A DNA stretch of 64,000 bases from NCBI RefSeq assembly GCF_011745625.1, contig NW_027191479.1, forward strand, positions 248,001 through 312,000, in the 5' to 3' direction. How positions within the stretch are numbered: position 1 is the first letter of the stretch; every line of letters starts with the position of its first letter. Both the position numbers and the translations under genes were made by a program. The notes under the pieces were generated by a model. The model was not told the origin of the DNA, did no database searches, and was given only the letters and a program-made list of their open reading frames with translations. The stretch is from Cladosporium halotolerans. Lineage: Eukaryota. This document shows positions 59,081 to 64,000 of this stretch, one piece after another.

Positions 59081-60731
59081 GGTGAACCGATGCTGCTGAT
59101 GATCGACTTGAGAAGGATCGGTATGTCCGACGTGAACGTTGACTGTTGACTGACAATGGACCGTCCAACGACCAGCTTTGTCGAGAAATGGCTGTCGCAG
59201 ATGGCAAAGCAGACAACCAGGGCTATTCAGCGGTTGACTTGCTCGACAGGCAAAGGATAATCGGCGTACGTCACGGACTGAAAGTTCATGTCGCTGTAAT
59301 ATTATCGTCTCACTGCTTGGGAGTGCAAAAAGAAACGGTATCCAAGAGCGGGTCGCAATCAGCGGGGTTGCGGCAGGAGGGATTCCAGCGGGCTGAAGAC
59401 GTCGACCTTGATGTATGTTGGAATCAGGAAACCGTAGCTAGGGCAGCTCAGCTGAGGGCAAAGACGTCAGACACGGTACGGGTGTCGTGAGTATAGTCAG
59501 TGCGCGTGGGAGTGCAGTCCGCAATGGGTGGGAGTGCAGTTGGTGGCAGCGCCCGAGTCCGGGGAATATGCTCGTCGACGTGGGGCCTCGCAGGTGGCGG
59601 CGAGTCGCGACCAGTGGGAGCTCGTCTGCCCCTCGCGCAGAGCTGCAGGCGTGATCCGGCCGGGTCGGGGAGAAGTGACTTGCAGAGTGGGATGATGCGC
59701 GCGCCGAGAGGGAGCGGGTGATGCTTGGCTGTGAGGGCTGGGGGGAAGGATGAGATTGTGGTGATATATACGGAAGGGCTACTATAGGGAAACCGGCGTG
59801 ACGATTGCGATAATGAGCGTGCATGCGCCTCGCGTGTACTGTCTGCTTTCTGGTATGGCCCGGGTAGGGATGGGCCGATAGGGCGGCGGTATTGTGGGCC
59901 GGTTACCTCAAGCTTGATAGTAACGAATTCGAAGCGCCTACCTCCTCGGCGCACATGGCCTGGAGAGCGCATTGTCTGGTGATGGGCGGTGGTGAGACGG
60001 CGTGTGCGAAGGCGGTGGCGGACGGCATGGGATGGTCGACGTCAGCAGCTGAACAGGCAGAACGCGCGCCAGTGCGGACACGAGGGCGGGTGTGAGGCGA
60101 TCACGAGGTGAAGTCGAGGAGGGGCTGGTGCGAGTGCTGGTGCTTCGCTTCGCGTGGAGGCGGCCGTGGGAGGCTTCAGCGCGGGCTGGCAGAAGTTGCA
60201 GAGCAGGCTGGCCCGAGTTTGGTAGGAGGAATTGCGCCGCTTTCCGGACGGCGCGCCGAGTCTACACGGCTTCGCCGACAGTAGCCTATCTACACCAGAC
60301 ACTCGCCCTATAGGAGGTCGAGTCCTCGACTCAACGTAAATCGCAAACTAGCGGGATCACTCTGTCGCATGAGTTGCTGCATCGGCGTAGCCTTAAGGCG
60401 GCCATGCGCCTGGATGGATCGAGCAGCGAGAGTCTGCGCTTCATGCGTGCCCAAGGCCTGCATGAGTGCAGATGCAAGGATGCGAGGGCGAGGCGAGCTG
60501 ATCCGAATGCTTTTTCGCCGCCTGCCTTTGTGCGTCGCAGTGATGTAGCGTGGTGCCGTGGACTTCTTGCTTGCCACGTACGCGCTGTGCTTGAAGGACG
60601 GTCCACGCAGTGTGGACGTCCATCTGCAGGCAAGTCTGCGGGCTCACTTCAAAGGCATCATGGCTCGTCCGGAGATCCACATGACCGCTCATCACAGCCG
60701 CTTGGCCCTCGATTCGTGCCGGCTGTGGCAG

Positions 60732-61329
60732 TCATCCCATCTCACTCCTCCCAAAAGCCCGGTCCATCGCATGGCCCAGCTCATCCGCAGTGCGCACCTG
60801 CTCCTGCTTCTTTTTCGCATCTTCCTCCGCCTCGGGCTGGTCCATCAAGTCTACCTGCCCGCCTCCGACCGCCTGAGACTCCTGCTTCTTCTGCGGTTGT
60901 AGCAACTTGGCCTCACTGTCCAGCCACCCGGGCGCTTTCCGCCTCTTGTCCTGCAACTCCCGCTCCTTGATGCCTTCTTCCCATTCACGCACTTTCTTCT
61001 CGCCGCCTTGTCGTTGCGATGACAGTTGCGAGAGCAAGGCCCTATTCTGGGCCACGATGGCTGACGGGTGTGCTGCGAAGCCGCTGGATGATGTAACGTA
61101 TGCCGGCAGCTCGGGATTGGAGGGTGCAGGCGCCGCATGGATTGATGAAGGAGGCAGCGTGGATGGCAAGGACGCGTAGTTGTGGGGGAGGGTTGGCGGC
61201 TTGGGCAGGTCGATGAAAGGGTTGACGCTCAAAGGCGTTTGCTGGAGGAACGGGTGCGCTGGGGACGGTTAGCGAGGTGAAATGACCATTCGAGGATGCG
61301 GACTAAGGTGACTCACCATCGTCGTGCAT
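60732..61329 (-). CDS. Conserved-looking hypothetical fungal protein; intron 61316-61259
   Basis: MHDD|AHPFLQQTPLSVNPF with canonical GTGAGT...CTAAC...CAG intron; coiled-coil region and KRRKAPGWLDS motif. Confidence 0.7.
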
Positions 61330-61508
61330 ACTTGCAGGATTTCTTATGGGCTGTGCAATTGTGCGGGCTAGTGTTGTTGCCGGATGTTGTTTGGTGACGA
61401 ATGTCCTGTTCGCTGCAAGCCGCAGCCTGGCTTCGCCCGCCGAAGTCGATGCGCGCTTCGGCTATTGAGCTGTGGCTTGGCCGTGCTGTGATGTGCCAGG
61501 AGCCTTCC

Positions 61509-62268
61509 TCACAATGTAATAGCCAGAGCCAGCAGCAAGATCAACACGAAGATCAAGACTCCAATGCAACAGCTAGACCATTTATCTGATCGTCAACGTC
61601 AGCATCACCACCCAAATCACGACTCACAGCCGCGGAGACTCACCCTCGTTCTTCCGAATCACGAAGTTGATCTTCTTCATTCCCGTCGCCAACTTCCCCT
61701 GAACCCTCTCCGTAATCCCATCCACGTCGTCCAGCATGTCAGCCTGCTCCTCTAGCTCCCTGCCCATAGTATCTGCTTGCAAGCGCAAGTTCCCCACCGT
61801 CTGAAACACCCCGTCTAGCGCCTGGTCCTGCTCGTGCATCATCTCCATCTGCCGCTGTTCCTCGAACTGCCCGTACTCGTCTTCTTCGTCTCCGTCCCCG
61901 CCAAAGGAGTCCGGGTGCGCCAGTGCGCTCTTGTGCGCGACAGTCTCGTTCAGCTGCTTATGCATGTCCTCGATCTCCGCCCCGATGTCTTCGACCAACT
62001 TGCGCCGCCGCGACACCTCGTCGATGTCCAGCCCATATTTGTAAGGGTCGCTCTCGACTGCTTTCACGCTGTCGATCAGGTCTTGCAGGTCGGTCGAGAG
62101 ATCTGTAAGGTTGGATTCGAGCTCTTGTCGCGCTTCCACGAGTTGAGGGTTGCTGGGCGAGGACGCTGAGGACCGGATGCGCAGATAGGAGGTGAAGAGA
62201 GGCCGAGTCGAGTCTAGTAGGGAGAGTACGTCGGATTGGACTTGGAGAAAGGGATCTTCGGAGGACAT
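61509..62268 (-). CDS. TLG1: Qc-SNARE Tlg1/syntaxin-6 family; intron ~61643-61585
   Basis: Syntaxin-6 N-terminus (EDPFLQVQSDV...DPYKYGL..DEVSRRR), SNARE motif (EQDQALDGV...MGRELEEQ), C-terminal TM (WSSCCIGVLIFVLILLLALAITL*). Confidence 0.9.
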
Positions 62269-63024
62269 AATGGGCGGATGGGAGCAATTGGCGCGCAGAG
62301 AAAGGTCGGTGGAAGGGTCAGCGCATTCGTTGGCCTGTGGTGTATTCTATCTAAACTGGAGTGAGCGAAGAAGCCCGGCGAAGAAGGGCAGAGCGAGTGT
62401 ACGAGTGGATGGAAATGCAGCTGTCTGATGAGTTGCAGAGGAGGCCAGGCCAGACGCAGCCTGGACGCAACAGCCGCGTCCACGGAGGCCGAAGCTGTGG
62501 CTGGACGCGTGGCTGTGCTCAGTGCTGCTCTCTTCCCGCATCCCTCCGTCCACCATTCCGGCGCCAGTTACCTCCAGGCTCACCTACCTTACTGCATCAA
62601 AGTTCTGGTATACCTGACTTACGACCTGGGATGCAAACGCCGTGGTAGTGGGCAAACTAGTGATGTCGAGGCCTCCTGCGTCCAAGCCTGTGCGAAACCC
62701 GCCATTGGAGCATCAAAAGCCAGGTATCATCCCACCACGCGGGCCATGCCCACCACCCAGAGTCACTCAGCGTGGGATTCGAACTGGCCGTATTAACACG
62801 CCCGCTGCGCTCTTTAGGTACGTCCCCGGGCTTAGGGTTGATACGCCCTGCCTCTCGACAGACGCTTGCGGATTGCGTGACGGCGGACTCCACCTAACCA
62901 GTCCCCGACTGCTGAGAGCGAGAGACCGCACGATCTTCCTCTTTTTCTTTCGTCACGATCCGTCACCGTCTGTCTTTCGCTGCCTTGCCATCAAGCTGCC
63001 CCGTAGATCTTACTTGGTAGCTAT

Positions 63025-63990
63025 ATGAGAGTGTGCCGAAGCCTGCTATAATCTCCTCTTCTGGCTTGTGTGGCAAGTACCGTCCATGCAGAACAGAAGA
63101 AGCTCAGCTCCCTATTTTTCTTGACCGATGATCAAGACCTCAATATGCAGTGCTTGGACTACATACCGCTACTGAAAGAGCACATCATCTCGCAGGGCAC
63201 CCCTTTCGAGAAGCACTATTGTACAATCTCCATTTGCTTCCCATCCCGCGTCATTATCTGGACTAGCCTCGCAGCTCACAAAAATAATGTTACCGATCTC
63301 AAGGCGCCCTATGGAGGCTATCCCCAAGTTTGTTCGAGCATGGCTCAACGTGGACTCGCTCCATGTCTGGTTACAGCAGCTGGGCTACAATACCTACTAT
63401 ACCGGCAAGCTTTCCAAGTAGCTGGCAGCGATGGCCTTGAACTCGACGGCGCCCCCATTTCTCTTACCAGTGAAGGCCTCGCGACTTCCTCACCCATCGA
63501 ACACCTTAACGCCGAATTTTGGGGCTCCGCTCTGGGCGAAGGCAAATACGGCTCGCCATTTCCCGATCATGCCGCTACCGCAAACAACGCCTACAGAGCC
63601 ATCCACATTATCGGCGAATACTAAGACCTCTTGTACACCGTTTGGTACACCTGCGAGCGACGAATTCTACGACGTCGCAAGGGACCCGTCCCAGATGCGT
63701 AACTACTTCGATCCCACTTATACTGGCACGCAAGCGCACTATGCACTTCTTGGTCGATCTTTTGCGCACGTTGTCGACCGCTTGTATGGTCTTTCGATGA
63801 ACACGAAGGCTTGTAAAGGCCGCACATGCGCTCTGCCCTGGCGAACTTTGCATCCTAGTTTGGAAGTGGCCTCGTTGGCAGATATGCTTGGTGAGGAGTT
63901 TCACGGGTTCTATCAGAGGCAGCCGAAGGTAGCGTTTAGCTCCTGTGTCAAGGGCCATGATGTCGCTGAGTAAGGGCCGCAGCATGTGCC
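63025..63990 (+). pseudogene. Arylsulfatase (Ars-1-like) pseudogene with premature stops, frameshifts and a large internal deletion
   Basis: FFLTDDQD, HYCTISICFPSR (CxPxR), NVTD..APYGGYP, then +1 frame KF...WLQQLGYNTYYTGKL, then directly C-terminal motifs (DGAPI, EFWG, EFYDVARDPSQMRN, KACKGRTCALPWRTLHP). Stops at 63049-63051 and 63622-63624. Confidence 0.85.
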
Positions 63991-64000
63991 GTGAAAAAAA

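Overview
Intron-containing fungal genomic DNA, most likely a filamentous ascomycete of the Dothideomycetes (inferred from gene content, short GT-AG introns with CTRAC branch sites and codon usage). I can support about 25 protein-coding genes, one intron-containing tRNA-Gly(GCC) and several decayed or frameshifted genes. Housekeeping genes: Scp160/vigilin, Sec3, Taf6, Ndk1, glucosidase II alpha, a Tlg1-like SNARE. They flank an accessory-looking block (~13.5-31.6 kb) holding two NACHT (NLR-like) genes and a compact DUF1445 + Zn2Cys6 TF + MFS cluster. Main observations: (1) both NACHT proteins carry a 20-aa HET-s-related amyloid-like motif (xxYxxIxxxGNxRxxLGDTY) just before the NACHT domain, with no HeLo/PFD effector visible in the window; (2) a putative D-glutamate-cyclase-like (DUF1445) catabolic cluster; (3) a cellobiose dehydrogenase with a perfect 36-nt tandem duplication and a long linker to CBM1; (4) a 7-nt tRNA intron; (5) several frameshifted or pseudogenised genes. 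Family assignments come from motif recognition by eye; no database searches were run.
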